Assembly: GCA_017516065.1 (NCBI GenBank)
Contig: JAFWDQ010000024.1
Location: 2,968-66,967, forward strand
Origin: Oscillospiraceae bacterium
GTDB taxonomy: Bacteria; Bacillota; Clostridia; Oscillospirales; Oscillospiraceae
DNA: 64,000 nt
Direction of reading: 5' to 3'
Positions 52,164 through 61,111 of the stretch are shown here, one piece after another. Each line of letters begins with the position of its first letter. Within the stretch, counting starts at the first letter, position 1. Both the position numbers and the translations under genes were made by a program. Under the pieces are notes generated by a model that had not been told where the DNA came from, searched no databases, and worked only from the letters and a program-made list of their open reading frames with translations.

Positions 52164-53591
52164 TTGAAACAGAGCATTATGGCGCGGCAGTTCGCGCTGA
52201 TGGCAGGTCTGATCCTGCTGTGCTTTGCACTGCTGCTGTCCACGATCCTGCCCCTGAGCTACCGATATATGCTGGAACAGCGCCGGGCATCCCTGGAGGA
52301 AAACGCCGAGTTCATCGCGCTGATGTCCAGCATCTCCCTGGCCCGGGGCTACTCCCTGCAGAGTCCCGACCTCTCCACCCAGTACTCTTTCGCCGCCATG
52401 ATGGCTGACTCCACCCTCCTTGTCTGCGACACCGAAGGCCGGGTGGTATACAGCACCGACGGCGACACAGTGGGGTACTATATGGGCCGGCGGATCCCCG
52501 CGCCCATCGCCGATACCCTGATGGCAGGCGGGACCTATACGGCCCTGTCCACCCTGGGCTCCATATGGCCGGAGGAGCGGTACAACGTGGGCGTGCCCAT
52601 CTACCACTATCTGGACAGCGACTATATTATCGGCATGGTCTTTATCGCGCTGAATATGGAGGGCTTCCACGGGCTCGTCGACGATCTGGCAAGTCTCGTG
52701 TTCTGGTGCATCCTCCTGACCCTGCTGGTGGCCTTTCTGGCCTCCCTGATCCTGTCCCGACGCCAGTCCGAGCCCCTGCGGAAAATGGCTGTGGTGGCCC
52801 GGGAGTACGGCCACGGCAGCTTTTCGGCCCGGATCCCCGACGCCGACCTGCGCAGAGATGAGATCGGCGAGCTGGCCTCCGCCTTCAATGCCATGGCCCA
52901 GTCCCTGGAGCAGTCGGAAAACCGGCGGCGGGACCTTATCGCCAATCTCTCCCATGAACTGAAGACGCCCCTGACCACCATCTCCGGCTTCACCGACGGC
53001 ATCCTGGACGGCACCGTCCCGCCGGAGAAGATCGACAGTTCTCTGGAGATCATCTCCGCTGAGTCCCGGCGCATGTCCCGGCTGGTCCGGCAGATGCTGG
53101 ATCTGTCCCGGCTGCAGCAGACGGGACCGGAGAAGTTCGCCCCCCTGGACATCGCCGAGATCATGCGCCGGGTCCTGCTGAGTCTGGAGTCGAAGATCGA
53201 CGGCCATCAGCTGGATGTGGATGCGGAGCTCCCCGACGACGCCGTACAGGTGCTGGGCGACGCCGACGGCCTGACCCAGGTCGTCTACAATCTGCTGGAC
53301 AACGCCATCAAATTCTCTCCCCCCGGCGGCGTCATCGGCGTGTCCCTGACCAAACAGGGCCAGAAGGCCGTCATTTCCGTGAAAAATCAGGGCGAGACTA
53401 TCCCGCCCGAGGAGCTCAGCCGCATTTTTGAGCGGTTCCACAAGACCGACCGCTCCCGGAGCGTCGATCGGGACGGCGTGGGGCTGGGCCTGTATATCGT
53501 CAAGAGCATTCTGGACAATCACCGGGAGAACATCACCGTCACCAGTGAGGACGGCGTCACCGTATTTTCCTTTGCCCTGCCACTGGCCTGA
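52164..53591 (+). CDS. sensor histidine kinase (2 TM, HAMP, HisKA, HATPase_c)
   Basis: H-box SHELKTPLTTISGF. N and G boxes: LLDNAIKFSPPGG, DGVGLGLYIVKSIL. Confidence 0.9.
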   Translation: MKQSIMARQFALMAGLILLCFALLLSTILPLSYRYMLEQRRASLEENAEFIALMSSISLARGYSLQSPDLSTQYSFAAMMADSTLLVCDTEGRVVYSTDGDTVGYYMGRRIPAPIADTLMAGGTYTALSTLGSIWPEERYNVGVPIYHYLDSDYIIGMVFIALNMEGFHGLVDDLASLVFWCILLTLLVAFLASLILSRRQSEPLRKMAVVAREYGHGSFSARIPDADLRRDEIGELASAFNAMAQSLEQSENRRRDLIANLSHELKTPLTTISGFTDGILDGTVPPEKIDSSLEIISAESRRMSRLVRQMLDLSRLQQTGPEKFAPLDIAEIMRRVLLSLESKIDGHQLDVDAELPDDAVQVLGDADGLTQVVYNLLDNAIKFSPPGGVIGVSLTKQGQKAVISVKNQGETIPPEELSRIFERFHKTDRSRSVDRDGVGLGLYIVKSILDNHRENITVTSEDGVTVFSFALPLA

Positions 53592-53613
53592 CTTTTCAAC
53601 TATGGAGGCTCCC

Positions 53614-54858
53614 ATGAAGCTGAGACACATTTTCTCCGGACAGTCCAAGGAACCGGAAACGCCCCATATCGAACTGGCCCCCGACGGCAAGCCGGTGGAC
53701 CCCTGGCATCAGTTCACCTACTCCAGCCGGAGGATCCGCCTGAAGCCGCTGCTCATTATCATCGTGGTGGTGGCGGTGCTGGCGGCAGGCATCGCCGTGG
53801 GCGCCTCCCTCTTCTCCGCCCGGATCGAGGGCGCCTCCCCGGATCTCTCGCCGGCACAGATGATGGACCCTGCCACCTACATGATGCCCCAGGCGGAGCT
53901 GGGCACCGGCGTCACCATCACCCTGGAGGAGCATTCCGGTCAGCCGCTGACGCCTCAGGAGATCTACCGGGCCTGTATCCCCTCCGTGGTCTACATCCAG
54001 ACTTCCGTAGGCCTGTCGGGCTACGCCGGCACCGGCATCATCATGACCGACGACGGCTATATCATCACCAACCACCACGTGATTGAGGACGCCTACCGGG
54101 CTATTGTCACCCTGGCCGACGGCACCCTCTACGAGGCGTCTCTTGTGGGCTCCTCGGAGCGGGAGGATCTGGCTGTGCTGAAGATCGACGCCGTGGGGCT
54201 CACCCCCGCTGTCTTCGGCAACTCCGATCAGCTGGAAGTGGGTGAGCGTGTCCTGGCCATCGGCAATCCCCTGCAGAAGGATTTCCAGGGCACCCTCACC
54301 GACGGCATTCTCTCCGCCGTCAACCGGCAGCTGTGGATCGACGGCCGCCGTCTCACCGTGCTGCAGTCCACCGCCACGCTCAATCCCGGCAACTCCGGCG
54401 GTCCGCTGCTGAATATGTACGGTCAGGTGATCGGCGTCAACGTGGCCAAGATCAGCGGCCCGGAGGCCGGCGTATACGTGGAGAGCATGAATTTCTCCAT
54501 CCCCTCCACTGTGGTGAAAACCACCGTGGACTCCCTCATTGAGACTGGCTCCGTCTCTGCATCTCCCGTCCTGGGCGTTGAGGTCTACGCCGTCAGCAAC
54601 CAGGAGGCCGTCTTCTATGACATGGAGGCGGGTATCTATGTGATGACGGTGGACCAGCGTGCCGACGCCTGGAGTGCCGGACTCCGGCCCGGCGATATCA
54701 TCACGGCGGTGAACGGCGATGCGGTGGACGCTCTGGATGACATCTCCAAGATCGAAAGTACCGCAAAGCCGGGAGACCCCGTGACCCTGTCCGTGCTCCG
54801 TGAGGGCACCGTGCTGGAACTGGAGGTCCTCCTCATGGATCCGGAGGAACTGCCCTGA
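53614..54858 (+). CDS. htrA: HtrA/DegP-family serine protease with PDZ domain
   Basis: TM anchor. Triad context TNHHVIED, DLAVLKI and NPGNSGGPLLN. C-terminal PDZ (GLRPGDIITAVNG). ATG at 53614 after GGAGG. Confidence 0.9.
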   Translation: MKLRHIFSGQSKEPETPHIELAPDGKPVDPWHQFTYSSRRIRLKPLLIIIVVVAVLAAGIAVGASLFSARIEGASPDLSPAQMMDPATYMMPQAELGTGVTITLEEHSGQPLTPQEIYRACIPSVVYIQTSVGLSGYAGTGIIMTDDGYIITNHHVIEDAYRAIVTLADGTLYEASLVGSSEREDLAVLKIDAVGLTPAVFGNSDQLEVGERVLAIGNPLQKDFQGTLTDGILSAVNRQLWIDGRRLTVLQSTATLNPGNSGGPLLNMYGQVIGVNVAKISGPEAGVYVESMNFSIPSTVVKTTVDSLIETGSVSASPVLGVEVYAVSNQEAVFYDMEAGIYVMTVDQRADAWSAGLRPGDIITAVNGDAVDALDDISKIESTAKPGDPVTLSVLREGTVLELEVLLMDPEELP

Positions 54859-54896
54859 CGGACATCACCCCCCCCTGAACAGAAAGGAGAATCTTT

Positions 54897-55790
54897 ATGA
54901 AAAAGCACCGGAAGAAGCGGTTGGCAGCCTTTGCCGCGGCCGGCGCCCTTGTCCTGTGTCTGGCCGCCTGCGGCACCGCCCCGGAGGGCGGCGGCACGGC
55001 GGGCGGCGACGGTGAGGTGCCCACGGTGGCAGAGCTGATCGCTGCGGCCCAGGCCAGCGAGACTGAGGTGACCAGCATGTGCTGCGACCTGGTGCTGACT
55101 ATAACCATCGACATGGAAGACGAGACCATCCCCATGACCTCCACCGGCAACATCGACTATACCATGGATCCTCTGGTGATGCGTCAGGACATGATCGTGG
55201 ATATGGGCGAGTACGGCAGTACCCACGTGCTGTCCTACGCGGCGGAGGAGAACGGTATGTACGTCATCTACTCCGGCGTTGAGACCGGCGAGGACGAGTA
55301 CTACTGGATCAAGCAGACCACCGCGGACATGGACGCCATCGCCCAGTACGACGCCAAGGCCAACATGGAGGAGTACCTCAGCATCGCCGACAACTTCCAG
55401 ATCGTGGGTCTGGAGTCTGTGAACGGTCAGGACGCCTGGCACATCGCCGGGGTCTTCACCGGCGATGACCTGTCCCAGGTGCTGGAGTCCTCCGGCGTCC
55501 TGTCCAGCGTGAACATCGACACCGAGATCGCGGAGCTGCTGACAAACAATCTGGGCGATCTTCCCATCGACATGTGGATCACCGCCGACGAGTACCTGCC
55601 GGTCAAGTACGAGATGGATATGACCGACCTGGTCCAGAAGCTGGTGGCCGCCGTCCTGGTGGAGGACCCGGAGCAGGAGCTGGTGAATATCTCCCAGATG
55701 CACCTGGCCATGACGGTGACGGAAATCAACACCATCGATAAGATCGTCATCCCCGACGCGGCTCTGGCCGCCGCCGAGCTTGAGCTGTAA
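54897..55790 (+). CDS. hypothetical lipoprotein (acidic)
   Basis: Signal peptide with lipobox LCLAAC. No family recognised. Last gene of the response regulator-kinase-htrA string. Confidence 0.6.
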   Translation: MKKHRKKRLAAFAAAGALVLCLAACGTAPEGGGTAGGDGEVPTVAELIAAAQASETEVTSMCCDLVLTITIDMEDETIPMTSTGNIDYTMDPLVMRQDMIVDMGEYGSTHVLSYAAEENGMYVIYSGVETGEDEYYWIKQTTADMDAIAQYDAKANMEEYLSIADNFQIVGLESVNGQDAWHIAGVFTGDDLSQVLESSGVLSSVNIDTEIAELLTNNLGDLPIDMWITADEYLPVKYEMDMTDLVQKLVAAVLVEDPEQELVNISQMHLAMTVTEINTIDKIVIPDAALAAAELEL

Positions 55791-55796
55791 ACAAAC

Positions 55797-55838
55797 AAAA
55801 AGAGTGCCGCGGACAACAGTCCGCGGCACTCTTTTTTT
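55797..55838. terminator. bidirectional intrinsic terminator
   Basis: AGAGTGCCGCGGAC-AACA-GTCCGCGGCACTCT (55801-32), flanked by an A-run and a T-run. Lies between the convergent lipoprotein gene and ispE. Confidence 0.85.
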
Positions 55839-55839
55839 G

Positions 55840-56697
55840 TCAGATCAGCCGCCCTACCGGCCGGGTCAGCCAGGTGCGGGAAAAGTCCGGCAGCAGAGCC
55901 CCGACGGCCGCCGCGGCGGTCTCCTCCTCAGCGAAAACGCCGAAGACGGCGGAGCCGCTGCCGCTCATGGCCGCCGCCAGCGCGCCGGCATCCAGAAGCC
56001 GGGCCTTGATCGCCGCCACTGTCGCCGCCTGATCGCCGGTCAGCGCCGCCTCAAAGACGTTCCCCACGCACCGGCACAGGGCCGCCAGATCCCCGGCCTC
56101 CAGGGCCGCCAGGGCCCCGTCACTGTCGGGACGGGGCAGGTCGGAAACCGCGTCGATGGCCCGGAACAGGGCGGGGGTGGACAGGGGAAAATCCGGTTTA
56201 CATAACACTATCCAGCAGGGCAGTATGGACGGCAGGCGGGTGAGGATCTCTCCCCTGCCCTCCGCCAGACAGGTGCCGCCCAGAACGCAGAAGGGCACAT
56301 CGGAGCCCACGGCCGCGCCGATCTGCGCCAGAGTCCGGCCGGTCATATCCGGAGCCCAGCGGTTCCGGAGGGCCCGCAGGACGGCCGCCGCGTCGGCGCT
56401 GCCGCCCCCCAGTCCGGCGCAGACGGGGATCCGCTTTTCAATGCCGATGCGCAGATGTGTCTCCGGCAGGCCCGTCACCGCCCGGAAGGCGGCCACGGCC
56501 CGGACAACCAGATTTCCGCTGTCCTCCGGCAGGCCCGGCACAGCGGCGCTGTCCGGACCGGGCGCAGGCTCCAGGGTCAGGGTGTCGCACAGGGACACGG
56601 TCTGCATGATACTGCGCAGGTCGTGGTAGCCGTCGTCCCGGCGGCCCAGCACGTCCAGCGTCAGGTTGATTTTTGCGTAAGCGGGTACGTCTCTCAT
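55840..56697 (-). CDS. ispE: 4-diphosphocytidyl-2-C-methyl-D-erythritol kinase
   Basis: AYAKINLTLDVLGRRDDGYH and the GHMP motif PVCAGLGGGSADAAA. The ATG overlaps the stop of the upstream gene (ATGA). The long ORF-track N-terminal extension is rejected. Confidence 0.92.
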   Translation of the reverse strand: MRDVPAYAKINLTLDVLGRRDDGYHDLRSIMQTVSLCDTLTLEPAPGPDSAAVPGLPEDSGNLVVRAVAAFRAVTGLPETHLRIGIEKRIPVCAGLGGGSADAAAVLRALRNRWAPDMTGRTLAQIGAAVGSDVPFCVLGGTCLAEGRGEILTRLPSILPCWIVLCKPDFPLSTPALFRAIDAVSDLPRPDSDGALAALEAGDLAALCRCVGNVFEAALTGDQAATVAAIKARLLDAGALAAAMSGSGSAVFGVFAEEETAAAAVGALLPDFSRTWLTRPVGRLI

Positions 56698-57932
56698 ACG
56701 ATCCTCCGGGCCTCCAGATAGAACCGCTTCTCGTCCGCCTCGCCGATGGAAAAGGTCTTCCGGGGCAGGACGCCGTCGGAGAGGATCGCGGGAAACAGCT
56801 CCCCCTTGTCCATGGCCGGGAGCAGGAACGCCACGGCGTCGGGCCGCCGGGCCAGGGTCCGGGCCGCATCGGCGCCGTGGATGTAGTCCACCGTGCCGCC
56901 CCGGGCCGCCAGATAGCCGTCGATGAAGTCCTGCAGGGTCCCCACCGGCAGATGAGCCCCGGGACGGGGAACGGTAATCTGTCCGGAGGTCTCTGCGGTG
57001 ACGTAGTCCAGCGTGTGGCCGGGGCCCTCGGGGCCGCCGGGGGCGTACTGCGCCAGCGCCGTCAGCACATGGGCCGGGTCCACCCCGGTGAGGAGCCGGT
57101 GGATGGGATGGAAGAGCAGGGACGCCTCGTGGAGGTTCACCACCTCCGCCAGTGCGTACCGGGAGGGCAGCTCCGCCCACCGCTCCGGCGGCGTCCGCTT
57201 CTTCTGCTCCTCGTAGCAGGCCTTCGCCGTGGCCAGAGAGTGGTTGCCGTCCCCCACCGCCATCAGCAGCGGCGCCGCGCCGGAGAACCGGTCCGGGTCC
57301 GCCAGGCGGTCCAGGGCCGCCAGGGTCCTGTCCCTGGCGTCGTCGTCCAGAAGCCAGCCCTGAATGGAGCCGCCGTTTTCCATGAGTTCGCCGCCGTAGA
57401 GACGCCGGAAGCCGGACTTTCCCTCCGTCAGCGGTCTGAAAACGGTGTCCTCTCTGTCGTCGATGAGCAGCATCACGTGGGGCAGCTCCAGGACCGCGTC
57501 CCGCCGCACGGCCATCCGGGGCGGGATCCGGGACAGAACAGTGCCCTCCGTGGCCCGGATCAGGGCGGCGGAGCCGGGGGTATAGTCGTACTGCTCCAGA
57601 TCCACCTTCCCCACCAGACCCCGGCGCAGGGCGCCGGAGGACATGGTCCGCTCGACATAGATCAGCGCATCGGGCCACAGGTCCAGCCGCGGCAGGTATT
57701 CCTCCATGGTGCGGTTGATGGCGGCCACCTGCTCCGACACGTCGCCACGGGACAGGCGGTACTCCGGCAAAATCAGCCGAAGGGTGGACGGCCGATCCCC
57801 CACCCGTCGCTCCACACGCTCCCAATAGTCCGGCTGGGAGGTGTACTGATCGCAGGCGATGACGGACCAGGTGGACAGATCGGCCTCATGGGGCAGCAGG
57901 ATATCCGCAGGGGAAAAGACAGACCGGCCCAT
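56694..57932 (-). CDS. DUF1015-like protein (function unknown)
   Basis: 412 aa. The pattern ...VIACDQYTS... and AVGDGNHSLATAKACY resembles the ADGHHR core of DUF1015. Assignment is tentative. Confidence 0.45.
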   Translation of the reverse strand: MGRSVFSPADILLPHEADLSTWSVIACDQYTSQPDYWERVERRVGDRPSTLRLILPEYRLSRGDVSEQVAAINRTMEEYLPRLDLWPDALIYVERTMSSGALRRGLVGKVDLEQYDYTPGSAALIRATEGTVLSRIPPRMAVRRDAVLELPHVMLLIDDREDTVFRPLTEGKSGFRRLYGGELMENGGSIQGWLLDDDARDRTLAALDRLADPDRFSGAAPLLMAVGDGNHSLATAKACYEEQKKRTPPERWAELPSRYALAEVVNLHEASLLFHPIHRLLTGVDPAHVLTALAQYAPGGPEGPGHTLDYVTAETSGQITVPRPGAHLPVGTLQDFIDGYLAARGGTVDYIHGADAARTLARRPDAVAFLLPAMDKGELFPAILSDGVLPRKTFSIGEADEKRFYLEARRIV

Positions 57933-57944
57933 TGGGCCACCTCC

Positions 57945-59177
57945 TCACATCTGCTCAAACAGAAGTCTCATGAGCACAGACGCGCCGTCCTCGTAGATGG
58001 GGCCCTTCAGGCCGTTTTCCTCGCTGTAGGTCAGGCCCAGCCCCGTGTCGGTGCGGCTGTCGTAGATCAGATAGGGTACATAGTCGCCGTCGTGACCTCT
58101 GGTGGAGGTCAGGGTCTTGTGGTCGGAGAGGACCAGCAGGCGGTAGTCCTCGCCTGTCAGGGCCTCCGTCAGCGGCGCCAGGACCCGGCTGTCCAGCCAC
58201 TCGATGGCCTGGAGCTTGCCGGGCAGGTCCCCGTTGTGGGTGCACTCGTCCGGGGCTTCCACATGAATGGCGACGAAATCCTTTCCGCTGCGCAGAACGT
58301 CCAGCGCTGCGGCCACCTTGCCCTCATAGTTGGTCTCCAGCTCGCCGGTGGCGCCCTCCACGATGGGATAGTCCAGCCCGGACAGGGCGGCGATGCCCTG
58401 ACACAGGGGCACGGCGGAGATGACGGCGCCGGTCTTCCCGAAGGTGCCGGGAAAATCGCTCAGGGCCACGGCGGTGCCCTCCGCCCAGAACCAGATGCTG
58501 TTGGCGGGGAGCTGGCCCGCGGCCCGGCGGGCCTCATTGAGGGGATGGTGGTCCAAAATCCGCCAGGCCCGCTCCTGGAGGTCCAGCAGGACCTCCGCGT
58601 TGGGGCAGCCGGAGGGCAGCAGGGGCCCGATCACCTCGCCCAGATGGTCGTGGGGCGGGATCAGAGAGATCCCCTCCACCTGACCGGCGGACTGGACGGC
58701 AATATGGCGGAAGGAAGGGGACGGATAGACCCGCATGCCGGCCTTCTCCGCGTACGGCTTGAAGTCCGGGTGGTCAAACAGATATGTCACCAGGGCGATG
58801 GAGGTCTCCCCGTCGATGGAGCCGGCGTTGTGGGAGAGGATCTTCCGCTCACGGAAGGGCATATCGCCGTCCTCCAGGGCCACCATGTTGCAGCGGTAGG
58901 CCACATCTCCCGGCACCAGCTTGATGCCGGTGGCGGCGGCCTCCAGAGGCGCGCGGCCGGTATAGCAGCGCCGGGGGTCGGAACCGAAGATGGAGAGGAT
59001 GGCAGTGTCGCTGCCGGGCGGGAGCCCCTCTGGGCAGTTGCGCACGCTGCCCAGCTCACCTTTGGCGGTGAGGCTGTCCAGCACGGGGGTGTTTGCATGC
59101 TGCAGCGGCGTTTTGCCGCCCAGCTCCGGTACGGGATTGTCGGCCATGCCGTCGCCGATGACAAGGATGTACTTCAT
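57945..59177 (-). CDS. cofactor-independent phosphoglycerate mutase homologue (ApgM-type; the clade proposed as a non-canonical homoserine kinase)
   Basis: MKYILVIGDGMADNPVPELGGKTPLQHANTPVLD..., metalloenzyme superfamily motifs, and HVEAPDECTHNGD. Confidence 0.8.
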   Translation of the reverse strand: MKYILVIGDGMADNPVPELGGKTPLQHANTPVLDSLTAKGELGSVRNCPEGLPPGSDTAILSIFGSDPRRCYTGRAPLEAAATGIKLVPGDVAYRCNMVALEDGDMPFRERKILSHNAGSIDGETSIALVTYLFDHPDFKPYAEKAGMRVYPSPSFRHIAVQSAGQVEGISLIPPHDHLGEVIGPLLPSGCPNAEVLLDLQERAWRILDHHPLNEARRAAGQLPANSIWFWAEGTAVALSDFPGTFGKTGAVISAVPLCQGIAALSGLDYPIVEGATGELETNYEGKVAAALDVLRSGKDFVAIHVEAPDECTHNGDLPGKLQAIEWLDSRVLAPLTEALTGEDYRLLVLSDHKTLTSTRGHDGDYVPYLIYDSRTDTGLGLTYSEENGLKGPIYEDGASVLMRLLFEQM

Positions 59178-59198
59178 AGAGGACTGTTCCTTTCTCTC

Positions 59199-60371
59199 TT
59201 ATTTCTTCAGATCCGCTAAAAACTGCTCCAGTCGGTGGAGCGCCTCGGACAGGTCATGCATGGACGCCGCGTAGCAGGCGCGGACAAAGCCCTCGCCGCC
59301 GGGGCCGAAAGCCGATCCGGGGATCACCGCCACCCGCTGCTCCTGCAGGAACCGGGCGCAGAACTCGTCGGAGGTCAGGCCCGTGGACCGGATGCAGGGG
59401 AACAGGTAAAACGCGCCCTCCGCCTCGAAGCAGTCCAGCCCCAGGCGGCGGAAGCCCGCCAGCAGATACCGGCGGCGGCCGTCGTAGTCCTCCCGCATAA
59501 CGGCGATGTCGTTGTCCCCCTCGTTGAGCGCTTCGATGGCGGCGTACTGGCTGTTGGTGGGGGCGGACATGATGCCGTACTGGTGCAGTTTGATGGCCTG
59601 CCCGATGATCTCCTTTGGCCCGCAGAGGTAGCCCAGCCGCCAGCCGGTCATGGAGTAGGCCTTGGAAAAGCCGTTGACCACGATGGTCCGCTCGTACAGG
59701 TCCGGCAGATTAGCCGGGGACACGTGGTGGCGGCCGTAGGTCAGCTCCGCGTAGATCTCGTCGGAGAGGACCATGATGTCGGTGCCCTGCAGCACCTCCG
59801 CCACGGCCTCCAGCTCCTCCCGGCCCATGATGCCGCCGGTGGGGTTGTTGGGATAGGGCAGCAGCAGCACCTTGGTCTTCGGAGTGATGGCGGCCCGCAG
59901 TTCCTGTGCCGTGAGGCGGAAATTGTTCTCCACCTTCGTCTCCACCTGCACCGGCACGCCCCGGGCCATGGACACCAGCGGTGCGTAGCAGACGAAGGAG
60001 GGCGTGGGGATGATGACCTCGTCCCCGGGCTCCACCATGACCCGCAGGGCAAGGTCGATGCCCTCGCTGCCGCCTACGGTGACAAGGATCTGGGAGTCCC
60101 AGGCATAGTTCAGGTCAAAGCGGCGCTTTAAGTACGTCTGGATGGCCCGGCGCAGGTCCGACAGGCCCGCGTTGGGGGTGTATTTGGTGTAGCCCTTCTC
60201 CAGCGCCCAGATGCCGGCGTCCCGGATGTGGTAGGGCGTGGGGTAGTCCGGCTCGCCGATGCCGAGAGAAATGGCGTCGTTCATGCCGGAGAGCAGATCG
60301 AAGAATTTTCGGATGCCGGAGGGCGGGATCGCCTGTATCGTTCCGGCCAGCACTGAGGTATAGTCAATCAT
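59199..60371 (-). CDS. class I/II pyridoxal-phosphate aminotransferase (aspartate aminotransferase-like)
   Basis: PLP-lysine context NGFSKAYSMTGWRLGY, also LPYPNNPTG. 390 aa. Confidence 0.88.
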   Translation of the reverse strand: MIDYTSVLAGTIQAIPPSGIRKFFDLLSGMNDAISLGIGEPDYPTPYHIRDAGIWALEKGYTKYTPNAGLSDLRRAIQTYLKRRFDLNYAWDSQILVTVGGSEGIDLALRVMVEPGDEVIIPTPSFVCYAPLVSMARGVPVQVETKVENNFRLTAQELRAAITPKTKVLLLPYPNNPTGGIMGREELEAVAEVLQGTDIMVLSDEIYAELTYGRHHVSPANLPDLYERTIVVNGFSKAYSMTGWRLGYLCGPKEIIGQAIKLHQYGIMSAPTNSQYAAIEALNEGDNDIAVMREDYDGRRRYLLAGFRRLGLDCFEAEGAFYLFPCIRSTGLTSDEFCARFLQEQRVAVIPGSAFGPGGEGFVRACYAASMHDLSEALHRLEQFLADLKK

Positions 60372-60850
60372 GAGAACACAAAGCCTTCTTCCTGCACGGT
60401 CTTCGTCTCGTAGATCACGTGCTTGTCTTTATACCGCTTGAGGATAAAATGCGTGGCGGTGCCGGTGACGTCCTCCAGCGCGGACAGATGCTCGGAGACG
60501 AACCGTGCCACCTCCCGCAGGGTCTTGCCGGTGACGATGCAGGCCAGATCGTAGGAGCCGCTCATGAGGTAGAGGCTCTCCACCTCGTCGAACTGCCAGA
60601 TCCGCTCCGCCACCCGGTCAAAGCCCCGGCCCCGCTGGGGCATGACCTGCACCTCGATCAGCGCGGTCACGTCCTCCCGGTCTGTCCGGGCCCAGTCCAC
60701 CGCGGCGTGGTAGCCCAGGATCACATGCTGCTCCTCCAGTTCCTCGATGGCGGCGCGGATCTCCTCCTCGGAGCGATCGCACAGTGCCGCCAGCTGCTCC
60801 GTGGAGAGCGTACAGTCCTGTTCCAAAAGGGCAAGAAGCTTATCATTCAC
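60368..60850 (-). CDS. Lrp/AsnC-family transcriptional regulator
   Basis: N-terminal HTH plus a C-terminal AsnC/RAM domain (YHAAVDWARTD...LMSGSYDLACIV). Its stop overlaps the aminotransferase start. Confidence 0.88.
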   Translation of the reverse strand: MNDKLLALLEQDCTLSTEQLAALCDRSEEEIRAAIEELEEQHVILGYHAAVDWARTDREDVTALIEVQVMPQRGRGFDRVAERIWQFDEVESLYLMSGSYDLACIVTGKTLREVARFVSEHLSALEDVTGTATHFILKRYKDKHVIYETKTVQEEGFVFS

Positions 60851-60935
60851 AGCTGTTTCCTCCTTTGCCTTTATGATCTATCTTGTATAATATTTTAGTA
60901 TACAACACTTGGCGGCAAAACACAACGCGCCGGGA

Positions 60936-60980
60936 ATAAAAAAACACCGCTCCCGGTCCGAAACGGACCCGGGAGCGGGT
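60936..60980 (-). terminator. intrinsic terminator about 130 nt downstream of rnj
   Basis: Minus strand: CCGCTCCCGGGTCCG-TTT-CGGACCGGGAGCGG, followed by a 7-U run. Confidence 0.8.
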
Positions 60981-61111
60981 TTGCAGTCACAAATCAGGGG
61001 CAGCAACGCCCCGCAGAGTTCCGCCGCCCGCAGGCGGCGGAGTACAGCTGAAAGCGGCGCGCGGTCCCTCTCAACGCAAAACCAGGCGAAGTGGTTTTGC
61101 GGTGACATTCC

